Program-made: the position numbers and the translations under genes
Source of the DNA: Carpediemonas membranifera BICM
Lineage: Eukaryota; Protista; Fornicata
Length of the DNA stretch: 64,000 nt
Direction: 5' to 3'
NCBI GenBank assembly: GCA_019828565.1
Contig: JAHDYR010000046.1
Location: 6,438-70,437, forward strand
Shown here: positions 63,418-64,000 of the stretch, in pieces
Numbering within the stretch: position 1 is the first letter of the stretch
Layout: each line of letters begins with the position of its first letter
Notes under the pieces: generated by a model
The model's database searches: none
Told to the model about the DNA's origin: nothing
Seen by the model: only the letters and a program-made list of their open reading frames with translations

Positions 63418-64000
63418 GCAGCGCCCACAGCACTCTACGCCAGCGCCACGACGCCACCCTCAGCGCCACGCCAGCCCCGCATCACCGGCGCCCTCAACAG
63501 CAAGTTCCATCATCCACATCACTCCCTAACAACATCAACGACTCGCCTACCACCGACAGCGATGGCGAAGTCTGCGTTGATGTCGCCAGTGCCAACCCAG
63601 CTGGCATACGCGTCGCAATGAATGTAAATGTTTACGTGTTCTCTTCGTCTCTTCTATCGTCCAGGATCTGCTTTCAGACGTCCATGAGCGATCATCCCTT
63701 ATCCTGCGGAGCAGCCCAACATCAGCTCAAGCGGTTCTGAGCATGCGTACAATGCTTCTGGGGCATGCAGAGTGATCATGTAGGAGCTTTATCACGATTC
63801 CAGGCTAGTTAGTGAGGGAATTCGTCTGCAGTTCCCGGCAAAATCTCATTATCTCCATTATTGCTGCAGTATTCAAAGTAAACGCGAACAACACGATCTA
63901 TCTCCATTCATTGGCGCCTCGAGGAGCGCTTCAGTCCCTCTAGAGCGTGCTTCAGCAGCATTTCGATCGAGATTAAAAATCACCCGAATTCTAGCTCTGT

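Larger units (their letters stand above)
54372..64000. mobile_element. Second, related giant TIR transposon (left part; right end not seen)
   Basis: Starts CATACTG exactly where the LINE RT breaks, followed by three GACTTNAAGTC near-palindromes like those in the first TIR; carries OTU and YR-like paralogs and the shared 0.93-kb block. Confidence 0.7.

Noticed and set aside
61847-63529. 560-aa ORF and the ORFs over 60924..61647
   Set aside because: They are translations of stop-free minisatellites, with no evidence of real coding.

Overview
This is a eukaryotic, transposon-saturated window with almost no ordinary host genes. The host is probably a metamonad/fornicate-like protist using the standard code, judged from AGTAAAT-type 3' signals and 29-30 nt GT-AG introns. 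The core is one intact tRNA-Arg(ACG) gene (11754-11827). Its 3' end is duplicated as a 17-bp target-site repeat around two tandem CRE-like (RT + restriction-like endonuclease) non-LTR retrotransposons. Nested in and around these are five DIRS/PAT-type tyrosine-recombinase retroelements (one complete with split direct repeats), a solo-repeat remnant, two LINE families and a tRNA-derived SINE-like sequence. The most striking element is a 21.8-kb DNA transposon (19682-41508) with ~60-bp TIRs and a 2-bp CA TSD, defined against the uninterrupted sister copy of its target. It carries a divergent putative DDE transposase plus a chromatin/ubiquitin/RNA-directed cargo: SET methyltransferase, PHD fingers, OTU proteases, a Ser/Thr kinase, a HEPN RNase-like protein and an apparently inactive tyrosine-recombinase-like protein. 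A ~0.5-kb repeated non-coding module separates the cargo genes. A second, related giant element starts at 54372 and runs off the window. Many ORFs are broken by single-base indels in homopolymers, probably sequencing errors. All domain calls are by-eye motif recognition; no database search was run.
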